DNA of 48,033 nt from Thermoleophilaceae bacterium (GCA_051001995.1 JBPCMT010000021.1:1-48033), one strand, 5' to 3'. Shown: positions 1-8,607, counted from the stretch's first letter. The notes: generated from the letters alone by a model not told the origin. Translations and numbers: made by a program.

Positions 1-12
1 CGCTTCGGGCGC

Positions 13-801
13 TCAGAGCACCACCGCGCTCTCCCGGGCCTTGGCGCAGATGTCGTCCGGCTGCGGACCGACGCGCGGCACCGCCCGGAACAGAAGCGCG
101 CGCAGTCTATCGAGGTTCTGGGAGAAGGCTTTGAACGCGGCCTGCGCCGACACTGCCTCGATGCCGGGGTCGTCGGCGAGCCCGACGTCGTAGTCGGTGA
201 CCAGCGAGACGTTCGCATAGCAGAGCTCGAGCTCGCGGGCCAGCCACGCCTCCGGGTACTGGGTCATGTTCACGACGTCCCACCCAGTCGACGCGAACCA
301 GCGCGACTCCGCCCGCGTCGAGAAGCGCGGGCCCTGGACGACCACCACCGTGCCGCCGTCGACGACCGGGATGTCGAGCTCGCGGGCGGCCTCGACCAAC
401 GTCCGCCGCAGGCCGGGGCAGTAGGGATCGGCGGCCGAGACGTGCGTGGTCTCGGGGCCCTCGTAGAAGGTGTCGGGCCGGCCGTGGGTGCGGTCGACAA
501 ACTGGTCCGCCACGACGAACGTCCCGGGCGCCAGCTCGCGGCGCAACGATCCGCACGCCGACGGACCGACGATCCGCCTGACTCCCGCCTCTCGCATCGC
601 CCACACGTTGGCGCGGTAGTTCACCCGGTGAGGCGGCAGGTGGTGGGCGTCGCCGTGGCGCGGCATGAAGGCGGTCCTGACGCCGTCGAGCTCCCCTACC
701 CGCACGGGTGCCGACGGGTCCCCGTAGGGCGTCGCGATCACGAGCTCCTCGTGGTCGTCGAGGAGACGGTAGAGACCCGAGCCGCCGAAGACCCCGATCA
801 T
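13..801 (-). CDS. mtnP: S-methyl-5'-thioadenosine phosphorylase (MTAP / PNP family 2)
   Basis: The C-terminal 262 aa of ORF 13..1185, starting MIGVFGGSGLY, match MTAP-like sequence (PRHG..H..PPHRVNYRAN, NMTQYPEA). ATG at 799..801. The upstream part of the ORF is Arg/Ser-rich junk that overlaps the next gene. Confidence 0.9.
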   Translation of the reverse strand: MIGVFGGSGLYRLLDDHEELVIATPYGDPSAPVRVGELDGVRTAFMPRHGDAHHLPPHRVNYRANVWAMREAGVRRIVGPSACGSLRRELAPGTFVVADQFVDRTHGRPDTFYEGPETTHVSAADPYCPGLRRTLVEAARELDIPVVDGGTVVVVQGPRFSTRAESRWFASTGWDVVNMTQYPEAWLARELELCYANVSLVTDYDVGLADDPGIEAVSAQAAFKAFSQNLDRLRALLFRAVPRVGPQPDDICAKARESAVVL

Positions 802-817
802 GCCGGAGCCCGGCTCA

Positions 818-1300
818 CTAGCGCCCGGGCGTCCAGATCTTCGAGCGCGCCTTGGCGCGCTCGACCTCGTCCGGTGTCGGCTGGCCCGCGCCGCCGCGCT
901 TGGGGGCCTCACCCGGCGACGGCGGCCCAGCGCCCGGCGCCGGCTCCGCGGGGGCACCGGCCGCAGGCTGCCCCGAACGCGCGTCGGCGCCGCCCGCCTC
1001 GCGCGCGAAGGCCACCTGGAGCTGGCTGAGCGCCTCCCGCACCGCGCGCTCTTCCTCGGGCCCGAGCAGCGGCGTGAGCGCCCGCGTCGCCTCGATCGCG
1101 AGCCGGGCCTGGTCGAGATCGCGCTCGTCCTGCGCCTCGGGCGCGAGCCCGAGGCGGCGACCGCCGAGGTTGACGAGCGTCGCAACGGTCTGGAGCAGGA
1201 CGTCCTCCACCCTGATCCGCTTCATCTGCTCCTCCATTGCGGCGCGCAGCTCCTCCTCGGTGGGCTGCCGTCCGCCCGGTCCCGCTTCCTGCTCCTTCAT
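818..1300 (-). CDS. DUF1844-like conserved hypothetical protein with a Pro/Ala-rich tail
   Basis: 160 aa starting MKEQEAGPGG. The core RIRVEDVLLQTVATLVNLGGRRLGL resembles DUF1844 proteins of Actinobacteria. ATG at 1298..1300 overlaps the upstream gene's stop by 4 nt (ATGA). Confidence 0.7.
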   Translation of the reverse strand: MKEQEAGPGGRQPTEEELRAAMEEQMKRIRVEDVLLQTVATLVNLGGRRLGLAPEAQDERDLDQARLAIEATRALTPLLGPEEERAVREALSQLQVAFAREAGGADARSGQPAAGAPAEPAPGAGPPSPGEAPKRGGAGQPTPDEVERAKARSKIWTPGR

Positions 1301-2442
1301 GTCGTGACTCCCTCCGACTGGTAGGTGCGTTGGGTCTCCGCGACCTCGGCCGCGTAGACCTCCTCGATCGTCGCGCCGCCCTCGAGCGCGCGGCGCTGAC
1401 GCGTGGCGCCGTCCTCTCGGGGCAGCTCCAGGTCGATCCCGAGCTCCGCGCGCGCCGGGGCGGTCCACTCGAGCAGCCGCTCGCCCGTCGCCCCGGCAGG
1501 CAGCTCCTCGCCGCGCTCGAGGTCGATCATGCTCGCTCCGGCGCCGTGGCGGATCGCGCGCCACATGTTCTCCTCGATCAGGCGCGCCGCCGCGGGCGGC
1601 GGACCGACACCATCGTCGTGGTCGAGCGCCGCCTGGGTCACGCACGCCGCCATCAGGCCGGCGAGCGCGGTCGAGTCCTCGGCGCTCGTCTGGGCGTCGC
1701 ACATTCGCACCTCGATCGTCCCGAACCGATGGTGGGGGCGCACGCTCCACCAGAGCTGGGTGAACTCGGTGATCGAGCGCGTCCGCGCGAGCACGTCGAC
1801 GTAACCGGCGTACGTGGCGAAATCGCCGAACACGTCGGGGACGCCGCAGCGCGGGAAGGAACGCGTGAAGAGCTGCGAGCGCGCGGACGCGAGGCGCGAG
1901 TCGCGACCGTCGAGGAACGGCGAGTTCGCGGACACGGCGAGGAGGTCCGGCAGCACCGCCCTGAGGCGGTCGCAGACCGCGATCGCCCGGTCCGCGCCCC
2001 TGATGCCGACGTGCACCTGGACGCTGAATGTGTTGTTTCGCCACGCCACGTAGCCGAGCTGCTGATCGAGCAGGCGGTAGTGCTCGGTGTCGATGATCCG
2101 CTGCTCCTGCCACGGGCTCCACGGATGGGCGCCGGTCGCCCCGAGCAGGACGCCGCGATCGGCCGCCAGGCCGAACAGGCGACCACAAGCGTCGCGCTGG
2201 CTCTCCAGCGCGTCGGCGAACGTGGCGCCCTTCGCCGACCGGATCTCGATCTCCGAGGCGATCAGCTCCCCGGCAACGGCCCAGGCTAGGACGGAGTCCG
2301 ACGCCGCCGCCTCGTTGAGCTCGTCGAAGCGCTGAGTGAGCGCATGGGTCTCGGGGTCGACGATCGCGAACTCCTCCTCGATCCCGATGGTGAAGTCGTC
2401 GGAGGCGTCGAACACCTCGCGCGTGCGGGCCATGTCGAGCAT
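1297..2442 (-). CDS. Carboxylate-amine ligase, YbdK / glutamate-cysteine ligase family 2 (GCS2)
   Basis: 381 aa. N-terminal TIGIEEEF motif and full-length GCS2-like sequence (WRNNTFSVQVHVG, SANSPF, WWSVRPH..FGTIEVRMCD). Confidence 0.85.
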   Translation of the reverse strand: MLDMARTREVFDASDDFTIGIEEEFAIVDPETHALTQRFDELNEAAASDSVLAWAVAGELIASEIEIRSAKGATFADALESQRDACGRLFGLAADRGVLLGATGAHPWSPWQEQRIIDTEHYRLLDQQLGYVAWRNNTFSVQVHVGIRGADRAIAVCDRLRAVLPDLLAVSANSPFLDGRDSRLASARSQLFTRSFPRCGVPDVFGDFATYAGYVDVLARTRSITEFTQLWWSVRPHHRFGTIEVRMCDAQTSAEDSTALAGLMAACVTQAALDHDDGVGPPPAAARLIEENMWRAIRHGAGASMIDLERGEELPAGATGERLLEWTAPARAELGIDLELPREDGATRQRRALEGGATIEEVYAAEVAETQRTYQSEGVTT

Positions 2443-2469
2443 CCGCTTGCTTCAGGCCTGGGGACCAGG

Positions 2470-3141
2470 TCAGGTTAGGTAGAAGTAGAGCGCGTAGAGG
2501 AGGTCGACCGCGGGGCTCGAGGTGTGCACCGTCACCTCCGGGGGGACCTGGAGCAGCGCTTCCGAGTAGTTGAAGATGATCCGCACGCCGGCCGTGACGA
2601 GATCGTCGGCCACCGCCTGGGCCGCCTCGGTGGGGACCGCGAGGACCCCCACGACGATGTCCTCCTCCTCGACGACGGTCGGCAGCTCGTCGTAGTCGCG
2701 CACCCTCAGCTCTCTGCCGATCGGCTCGCCGATCTTCTCGGGGTCGCGGTCGAAGATCGCGACGACACGGAAGCCGTGGTCCGCGAAGATCGCGGAGCTC
2801 GCTATCGCCTTGCCGAGGTGGCCGGCGCCGAACAGGGCGATGTTGTGCTGGCCGCTCGTCCGCAGGATCTTCCGGATCTGCGCCAGCAGCGAGTCGACGT
2901 TGTAGCCGACTCCGCGCTTGCCGAACTTGCCGAAACCGGAGAGGTCGCGCCGGATCTGCGTCGAGTTGATGTGCGTGTACTCGGCAAGCTCCTGCGACGA
3001 GATCGTGTCGCGGCCCATCTTCCTGGCCTGGGTGAGGACCTGGAGGTAGCGCGAGAGCCGCGCCGCTACCCCGAGCGACAGGCGCTCACCGTCGCGGCCG
3101 CCCAGCCCGACGGCGGTCCCGTACGGCTCGTTGAAGCTCAC
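2470..3141 (-). CDS. rex: Redox-sensing transcriptional repressor Rex
   Basis: 223 aa. N-terminal winged-helix region (RLSRYLQVL, SSQELAEYTHINSTQIRRDLS.FG) plus a Rossmann GAGHLGKA. GTG start. Confidence 0.9.
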   Translation of the reverse strand: MSFNEPYGTAVGLGGRDGERLSLGVAARLSRYLQVLTQARKMGRDTISSQELAEYTHINSTQIRRDLSGFGKFGKRGVGYNVDSLLAQIRKILRTSGQHNIALFGAGHLGKAIASSAIFADHGFRVVAIFDRDPEKIGEPIGRELRVRDYDELPTVVEEEDIVVGVLAVPTEAAQAVADDLVTAGVRIIFNYSEALLQVPPEVTVHTSSPAVDLLYALYFYLT

Positions 3142-3150
3142 GCGAGCACT

Positions 3151-3408
3151 CTAGTCACTGGCTGATTGCTCGAGGCCGTCGAGCATGCGCCCGAGCGTCG
3201 CGCCGTCCACGAAGTAGTGAAAGCGCTCCTCGCCGTCGACCGCGACCACCGGGATCCGCTCGCCGTAGGCACGCTCGAGGGACGGGTCGAGCGAGACGTC
3301 GACCTCGCGCAGCTCGACCGGCCGCCCGTCGAGCGCCGCCGCCACCGCCGCGCGCGCGTCGTCGCAGAGATGGCAGCCCGGCTTCCCGTAGAGGGTCACC
3401 ATCACCAT
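3151..3408 (-). CDS. Glutaredoxin-like small thiol-disulfide protein (DUF836-like)
   Basis: 85 aa with a CHLC (CxxC) motif near the N-terminus (LYGKPGCHLCDDA) and a thioredoxin-fold-like length. Its stop lies 9 nt upstream of the rex start. Confidence 0.7.
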   Translation of the reverse strand: MVMVTLYGKPGCHLCDDARAAVAAALDGRPVELREVDVSLDPSLERAYGERIPVVAVDGEERFHYFVDGATLGRMLDGLEQSASD

Positions 3409-3413
3409 CGCGT

Positions 3414-4430
3414 CTACGCGGAGCGGGCGAACGCGTCGAGGTCCAGGTAGCCGGGGTACTCGATCGGCTCGAGAAAGCGGGCGGCGCCGGCGATCATTGC
3501 GGCGTTGTCGGTGCAGAGCGAGAGGTCGGGGACCGACACGCCCACATCCATCTCCTCCCCCAGCTCGGCCGCCCGCCGGCGCAGCTCGGAGTTGGCCGCC
3601 ACGCCGCCGCCGATCGACAGTCGAGCGACACCCTCGCGCTCGAGCGCTTCGCCGGTCCGCGCGAGGAGCGCGTCGATGATCGCGCGCTGGTAGGAGGCCG
3701 CGAGGTCGGCCGCGCGCCGCTGCGTCTCGGCCTCGCCGAGGTCACGCGTCCGGTAGAGGAGGGCGGTCTTGAGACCCGAGAAGGAAAAGTCGAGGCCCGT
3801 GCCCGGCCGCGAGCGCGGAAACGCGAACGCGTCGGGATCGCCCTCGCCGGCGATGCGGTCGATCGCGGGGCCGCCAGGGTAGGAGAGCCCCAGCATCCGC
3901 GCGCCCTTGTCGAAGGCCTCGCCGGCCGAGTCGTCGAGCGAGCGTCCGAGCACCCGATACCGAGCCGGCTCGTCGACGCGCGCGACGAACGTGTGGCCGC
4001 CGCTGGCCACGAGGCACATGTACGGCGCCTCCAGATGCTGCGGCGCGAGCGTCGCCGCCGTGACGTGACCGTGAAGATGATCGACCGCGACGAGCGGGAG
4101 CTCGCGGGCGGCCGCCAGCGCCTTTGCGGATGACAGTCCCACGAGCAGTGCCCCGATCAGCCCCGGCCCGGCGGTCACGGCGACCGTTCCAACCTCCTCG
4201 AGCGTGACGCCGCTTCGCTCGAGCGCGTCGTCGACCACCGGCGAGAGCGACTCCAGGTGGCGGCGGGCGGCGATCTCGGGCACGACTCCGCCGTAGCGCT
4301 CGTGCAGGAGGCCCTGCGAGGCGACGACGTTGGAGCGAACCTCACCTTCGCGCGTCACGACGGCGGCGCAGGTATCGTCGCAGCTCGTCTCGATCGCGAG
4401 GATCGAGGGTGCCGCGCCGGGCTCGCTCAC
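3414..4430 (-). CDS. tsaD: tRNA N6-adenosine threonylcarbamoyltransferase TsaD
   Basis: ILAIETSCDDT, VDHLHGH and a Kae1/Gcp-type sequence throughout. The preferred start is GTG at 4428..4430, which overlaps the rimI stop as GTGA. The ORF-track start at 4469 is also possible. Confidence 0.9.
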   Translation of the reverse strand: MSEPGAAPSILAIETSCDDTCAAVVTREGEVRSNVVASQGLLHERYGGVVPEIAARRHLESLSPVVDDALERSGVTLEEVGTVAVTAGPGLIGALLVGLSSAKALAAARELPLVAVDHLHGHVTAATLAPQHLEAPYMCLVASGGHTFVARVDEPARYRVLGRSLDDSAGEAFDKGARMLGLSYPGGPAIDRIAGEGDPDAFAFPRSRPGTGLDFSFSGLKTALLYRTRDLGEAETQRRAADLAASYQRAIIDALLARTGEALEREGVARLSIGGGVAANSELRRRAAELGEEMDVGVSVPDLSLCTDNAAMIAGAARFLEPIEYPGYLDLDAFARSA

Positions 4431-4936
4431 GCCGCCCCGGCCGGGGCGGCGCCGTCCGGGGCGCGCCACATGATCAGGGCGTCCTCGCGGTTGTCGTGGT
4501 AGTAGCCGCGCCGGCGTCCGGCGGGGCGAAAGCCGAACCGCTCGTACATCGAGATCGCGGGCCGGTTGGACATCCTCACCTCGAGCGTGTACTGGGCGCC
4601 GCCGTCGTCCTGCTCGAAGAGCCGTTCGAGCAGCGCGGTGGCGACCCCGCGGCGACGGCGGCGACCGTCAACGGCGATGTTCATGACGTGCCAGACGCGC
4701 TCGTAGCGCGAGCAGATCACGTAGCCGATCAGGCGGTCGTGGCGCAGGGCGGCGAGGCAGATGCCCGACGGCTTGGAGAGCTCCAGCACGAACATCGCGA
4801 GCGACCACGGGGTCGGAAAGGCGCGGCGCTCGATCGCCATCAGCTGCGGCAGGTCCGCGTAGGCGAGTCGCCGGATCGCCGGCGACACGTCGCCGGCCTC
4901 GGCCGAGACGATGGTGTTGGTCGCTGACTCGGTCAT
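4427..4936 (-). CDS. rimI: Ribosomal-protein-alanine N-acetyltransferase RimI (GNAT)
   Basis: MTESATN... carries the GNAT acetyl-CoA motif RRRRRGVATALL and a RimI-like N-terminus (LMAIERRAFPTPWS). ATG at 4934..4936 overlaps the tsaB stop (ATGA). Confidence 0.85.
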   Translation of the reverse strand: MTESATNTIVSAEAGDVSPAIRRLAYADLPQLMAIERRAFPTPWSLAMFVLELSKPSGICLAALRHDRLIGYVICSRYERVWHVMNIAVDGRRRRRGVATALLERLFEQDDGGAQYTLEVRMSNRPAISMYERFGFRPAGRRRGYYHDNREDALIMWRAPDGAAPAGAA

Positions 4937-5640
4937 CGCTGCGGGGTGGCGTCCGGTGCTCGTAGGTATCGCGGTTGCACGGCCTCGGGAGCCACGGCTG
5001 GGGCTCGGGTCGCGAGCCGGCAGATACTCGCCGCGCTGACAACGTGGCAGCGCGCCCCGGGCGGTGCGACCGCGATCGACGCTGACTCCAGAGCCTCCCG
5101 GCATCGTAGCGAGCCGTCGCCCGCGGCCAGCGGCGGCTCGAGTCCCTCGCGCCGCGCGCCGGCGACGCGCTCGATGAGCCCCGCGACGCCGGTGACGAAC
5201 GGCGGCCAGCGCTCCTCGCCCTCGACGTGCAGGGCCGCGAACACCTCATCCCGGCGCGCGTCAATCACGGGCAGCGCGACGCGAGCGTCGATGCCGGCCG
5301 CGAGCGCGGCGAGCGAGCCAATGGGCCGGAGCGGCAGGTCATGCGCGTGAGCCAGCGATCGCGCGGTGGCCAGGCCGATGCGAAGGCCGGTGTAACCGCC
5401 GGGCCCCACCCCGACCGCCACCGAGTCGAGGTCGGCGAACCCGACCCCCGCAGCGCGCATCCGTTCGACCACGCGCGGCAACAGCTCGCGGGCGTGCGCC
5501 GGTCGCTCGAGCAGTGCCGCGGTCTCGGGCCGGACCTCGAAGTGCTCGCCATCCTCGCGCTGCACGCAGACGCTGGTGGCCGCGGTCGAGGTGTCGAGCC
5601 CGAGCACCGTCATCCGCGGCTGGTGTGGCTCACGAGACAT
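4933..5640 (-). CDS. tsaB: tRNA threonylcarbamoyladenosine biosynthesis protein TsaB
   Basis: [10 protein letters not shown] and [13 protein letters not shown] motifs. The start is either ATG 5640 (11-nt overlap with tsaE) or ATG 5613; this is unresolved. Confidence 0.85.
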   Translation of the reverse strand: MSREPHQPRMTVLGLDTSTAATSVCVQREDGEHFEVRPETAALLERPAHARELLPRVVERMRAAGVGFADLDSVAVGVGPGGYTGLRIGLATARSLAHAHDLPLRPIGSLAALAAGIDARVALPVIDARRDEVFAALHVEGEERWPPFVTGVAGLIERVAGARREGLEPPLAAGDGSLRCREALESASIAVAPPGARCHVVSAASICRLATRAPAVAPEAVQPRYLRAPDATPQR

Positions 5641-6052
5641 CGAGCCGGCGCCGGTCGCCTCCGACGTGCTCGAGCGCGACCCTGACCGTGGCGGCGGCCA
5701 GCGCGCCCGCCGCCACTCTCGGCCACTCGATGAAGGCCACCCGCTCCTGGGTGAGGTAGTCGTCGAGCAGGCCGGGCTCCTCGACGCCGAGCGTCTCGAG
5801 CCGATACAGGTCCAGGTGGGCGACCTCAAGCGGTCGTCCACGGACCTCGCCCCAGTAGAGCTGGCCGATCGTGAACGTGGGGCTCGTGACCGCCTCGCTC
5901 ACGCCGAGCGCCCGGCAGGCTCCACGGACGAAGGTGGTCTTGCCGGCTCCGAGCTCGCCCGAGACGAGTACGACATCGCCGACGCCGAGCCGCGCGGCCA
6001 GCTCGGCGCCCGCGGCCTCGGTCTCCTCGGCGCTGCCGGTCTCCTTTCGCAC
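5630..6052 (-). CDS. tsaE: tRNA threonylcarbamoyladenosine biosynthesis ATPase TsaE
   Basis: 140 aa with the P-loop [13 protein letters not shown], then SPTF and HLDLYRL motifs. GTG start. Confidence 0.85.
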   Translation of the reverse strand: MRKETGSAEETEAAGAELAARLGVGDVVLVSGELGAGKTTFVRGACRALGVSEAVTSPTFTIGQLYWGEVRGRPLEVAHLDLYRLETLGVEEPGLLDDYLTQERVAFIEWPRVAAGALAAATVRVALEHVGGDRRRLDVS

Positions 6053-6114
6053 GGCGTCAGTCTTACCCCGGACTCAGGCGGCCGACTCACGGCCCTCCGA
6101 ATGCCCGTTCGACG

Positions 6115-6894
6115 CTACCCGAACAGCCCGAGCTGAGGGGCGGGCACCCGCTCGGGCTCTCGGCCGCCCGGCATGGGGCCGGCCGCTGCCGGCTCACGCG
6201 CGGCGCTCCCTCCCTCGAGCGGCGGTGCGACGCTGGGCTCGGGCCGCGGCTCGGCCAGCAGATCGGGTAGGCGGCGGAAGTCGTCGCGAAGCTGACGGCG
6301 CGCGGCGTCGCTTCGCAGCGCCGCCGCGGGGTGCAGGATCGGGTACAGGCGCACGGTCCGTCCGGAGAGCTCGCGCTCCTGCGGGCGGCCGCGAACGCTC
6401 GTGATCCCGCGCGGGCTGCCGGTCAGGAGCTTGGTGGCGAAGTTGCCGAGCGTGCAGACGACGCGTGGCTCGATCAGCTCGATCTGGCGGAAGAGGTGGG
6501 GCTTGCACGCCTCGATCTCGTCGGGGTGCGGGTCGCGGTTGTCCGGCGGGCGGTGCTTGAGCACGTTCGCGACGAACACGTCGCCGCGGCTCAGCCCGAT
6601 CTCGGCGAGCAGCTCGTCGAGCAGCTTCCCGGCCCGGCCGACGAACGGGATCCCCTGCTGATCCTCGTGGAAGCCCGGGGCCTCGCCTGCGAACATCAGG
6701 TCGGCGTCGGCGTTGCCGTTGCCGAAGACCAGGTTGATGGCGCACCCCGCCAGCTGACAGTCGCGGCAATCTCCGAGGCGCCGGTAGAGCTCCACCAGCC
6801 GCTCGCGGCGCTCCGCGGGCGGGCGCCCGGACGCGCCGGGCTCCGAGCCGAGGGCCGATTCGCGGGGGAGCGCGGCGACCGAGTTCTCAGCCAT
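6115..6894 (-). CDS. Uracil-DNA glycosylase, family 4 (Fe-S type), with N- and C-terminal extensions
   Basis: CRDCQL...C cysteines, motif A GEAPGFHED, FVGRAGKLL and motif B HPAAALR. The last residues are PQLGLFG. Confidence 0.85.
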   Translation of the reverse strand: MAENSVAALPRESALGSEPGASGRPPAERRERLVELYRRLGDCRDCQLAGCAINLVFGNGNADADLMFAGEAPGFHEDQQGIPFVGRAGKLLDELLAEIGLSRGDVFVANVLKHRPPDNRDPHPDEIEACKPHLFRQIELIEPRVVCTLGNFATKLLTGSPRGITSVRGRPQERELSGRTVRLYPILHPAAALRSDAARRQLRDDFRRLPDLLAEPRPEPSVAPPLEGGSAAREPAAAGPMPGGREPERVPAPQLGLFG

Positions 6895-6921
6895 TGCCGC
6901 GAAGCGTAGTTAGCCGGTCGG

Positions 6922-7536
6922 CTATCTGCCGATCACGAACTGTCGCTTCTGCCCAAGCGAGAAGTGGGTCTCCCCGGGCGTCGTCTCGACCGGGCACAGC
7001 ATCCCGTAGCTGCCTGGCTTGAGCGTGACCTCGAGCGTGTCCGGCGAGTCCTCCTCCGCCCTGGCCTCGAGCGAGCCCAGCTCCCTCGCGGTGCCATCCT
7101 CGCCGTGCGTCCTCAGGACCTCGGAGAAGGTCGCGTCGTCGGCGATCCGGACCAGGATCATCACGTGCGGCTCCTGTCCGACGTTCTCGAGGCTGAAGAT
7201 CGACCTCCCCCTCAGTGGCTTGCGGGAGAGCTCGAACGAATACTCGTCCGCGGTCACCCGGACCTCGGTCGGCTTGGTGGCCGCGTCGGCGGCGGCAGTC
7301 GCCTCCTCGGCGGACGACGCCGCCTCCCGGCCGGCCTGCGTCGCGTCCTCGGCTGCCGCGGCCGCGTCCTCGGCTGCCGCGGCGGCGTCCTCAGCCGCGG
7401 CGGCCGCGTCCTCGGCTGCCGCGGCGATCTCCTCGGCCGAGGTCGGCCCCTCGACCGGCTCCCCCTCGCCGCAAGCTCCGGCGAGCAGCGTCGTGCACGC
7501 CAGCAGGGTGGCTGCGACCGTTCGCCTGCTTGTCAC
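6922..7536 (-). CDS. Putative secreted lipoprotein with an (EDAAAAA)n linker and a possible cupredoxin-like C-terminal domain
   Basis: GTG at 7534..7536 is preceded by AGGAGGA 6 nt upstream. It yields the signal peptide VTSRRTVAATLLACTTLLAGAC with a lipobox-like Cys. The C-terminal beta-rich domain has His...Cys...His spacing (PHVM, MLCPV, THF). The cupredoxin call is weak. Confidence 0.6.
   Translation of the reverse strand: MTSRRTVAATLLACTTLLAGACGEGEPVEGPTSAEEIAAAAEDAAAAAEDAAAAAEDAAAAAEDATQAGREAASSAEEATAAADAATKPTEVRVTADEYSFELSRKPLRGRSIFSLENVGQEPHVMILVRIADDATFSEVLRTHGEDGTARELGSLEARAEEDSPDTLEVTLKPGSYGMLCPVETTPGETHFSLGQKRQFVIGR
7330..7434 (-). repeat. In-frame 21-nt tandem repeat, about 5 copies, encoding E(E/D)(I/A)AAAA
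   Basis: The unit gcgtcctcggctgccgcggc[c/g] repeats at 7343, 7364, 7385 and 7406, with degenerate flanking copies. Confidence 0.85.
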
Positions 7537-7698
7537 CGGGGCATCCTCCTGACGGGATCGCGGAGCCGTGGGCGGCCGGATCCTGCCCGGCCGCACGCCA
7601 CGCCGCAGGTGGCGCGGCAGGGGTCAGGCTATCCTTTCGAGCAGGCCGCTACCCCCGTGGAGTGGACCCACCCGTTCGACACCGAACCGGTATCTCGC

Positions 7699-8607
7699 AT
7701 GCGAGAACTCGACCGGCGCGCCGCCGAGTCAACGAGCTTCAAGCCGGCCGCATCCGGCCGGTCCCCCCTGTCTGTCGGCGGGACGCCGGTGCTCGAGCCG
7801 ATCTGCGTCGTCGGCCGCGGGCGCCTCGGAGCCCCGCTCGCCGACGCCCTTCGGCGCGCCGGTCTGACCGTCGCCGGCCCGTGGGGGCGTGCCGACCTCC
7901 GCGCCCGCGCGCGAGCGGCGCGAGCGGCCGAGGTCGTGCTCCTGTGCGTGCCCGATGGCGAGATCGCGGGCGTGGCCGCCGCGCTGCATGGGGCCGCGCC
8001 GTTCGTGGGGCACACGAGTGGCGCCACGCCGCTGGCGGCCCTGGCCGGCGCGGGCGACGCGGTGGGCGGTCTCTTCGGCCTCCATCCGCTCCAGACCTTC
8101 ACCGGCACCGAGGGAGACCCCGCGGCGCGACTCCGGGGTGCGGGCGCCGCGATCGCCGGCTCGACCCCGGCAGCGGAAGCGGTGGCCCACGGGCTGGCGC
8201 AGCGGCTCGGCATGGAGCCGCTCGCGATCGACGACTCGCGCCGCGCCGCCTACCACGCGGCCGCCTCGATCGCCTCGAACTTTCTCGTCACGCTCCAGGA
8301 CGCGGCCGAGACGCTGGCCGATGCCGCCGGCATGTCGCCGTCGGACGCGCGCCGCGCCTTGGCCCCGCTCGTGCGCGTGACGGTCGATAACTGGGCGGAG
8401 CTCGGCCCGCAGCGATCCCTCACCGGGCCGGTCGCGCGCGGCGATTGGGAGACCGTGGACCGCCATCGGGCGGCAGTCGCGGGCGCAGATCCGACGCTGG
8501 CGCCTCTCTTCGAGGCGCTGGTCGAGCGTACCCACGCCCTTGCGGCGCGCGGCGAGGGCGTCGCCGCAAGGTCGACCGCGTCCGTGGCCACCGGGAGGCC
8601 GGCGTGA
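7699..8607 (+). CDS. Rossmann-like / DUF2520-type putative NAD(P) oxidoreductase, first gene of the pan operon
   Basis: ICVVGRGRLG dinucleotide-binding motif and a C-terminal AAYHAAASIASNF..L region typical of DUF2520 proteins found upstream of panC in Actinobacteria. The start is ATG 7699 or GTG 7789, which lies just before the Rossmann motif. The stop overlaps the panC start (GTGA). Confidence 0.75.
   Translation: MRELDRRAAESTSFKPAASGRSPLSVGGTPVLEPICVVGRGRLGAPLADALRRAGLTVAGPWGRADLRARARAARAAEVVLLCVPDGEIAGVAAALHGAAPFVGHTSGATPLAALAGAGDAVGGLFGLHPLQTFTGTEGDPAARLRGAGAAIAGSTPAAEAVAHGLAQRLGMEPLAIDDSRRAAYHAAASIASNFLVTLQDAAETLADAAGMSPSDARRALAPLVRVTVDNWAELGPQRSLTGPVARGDWETVDRHRAAVAGADPTLAPLFEALVERTHALAARGEGVAARSTASVATGRPA

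Noticed and set aside
7693-7706. Perfect 14-nt palindrome TCTCGCATGCGAGA overlapping the candidate ATG of the DUF2520 gene
   Set aside because: A 7+7 palindrome is expected by chance about 3 times in 48 kb. There is no second copy or known operator consensus, so it is kept only as a note within the pan-leader finding.
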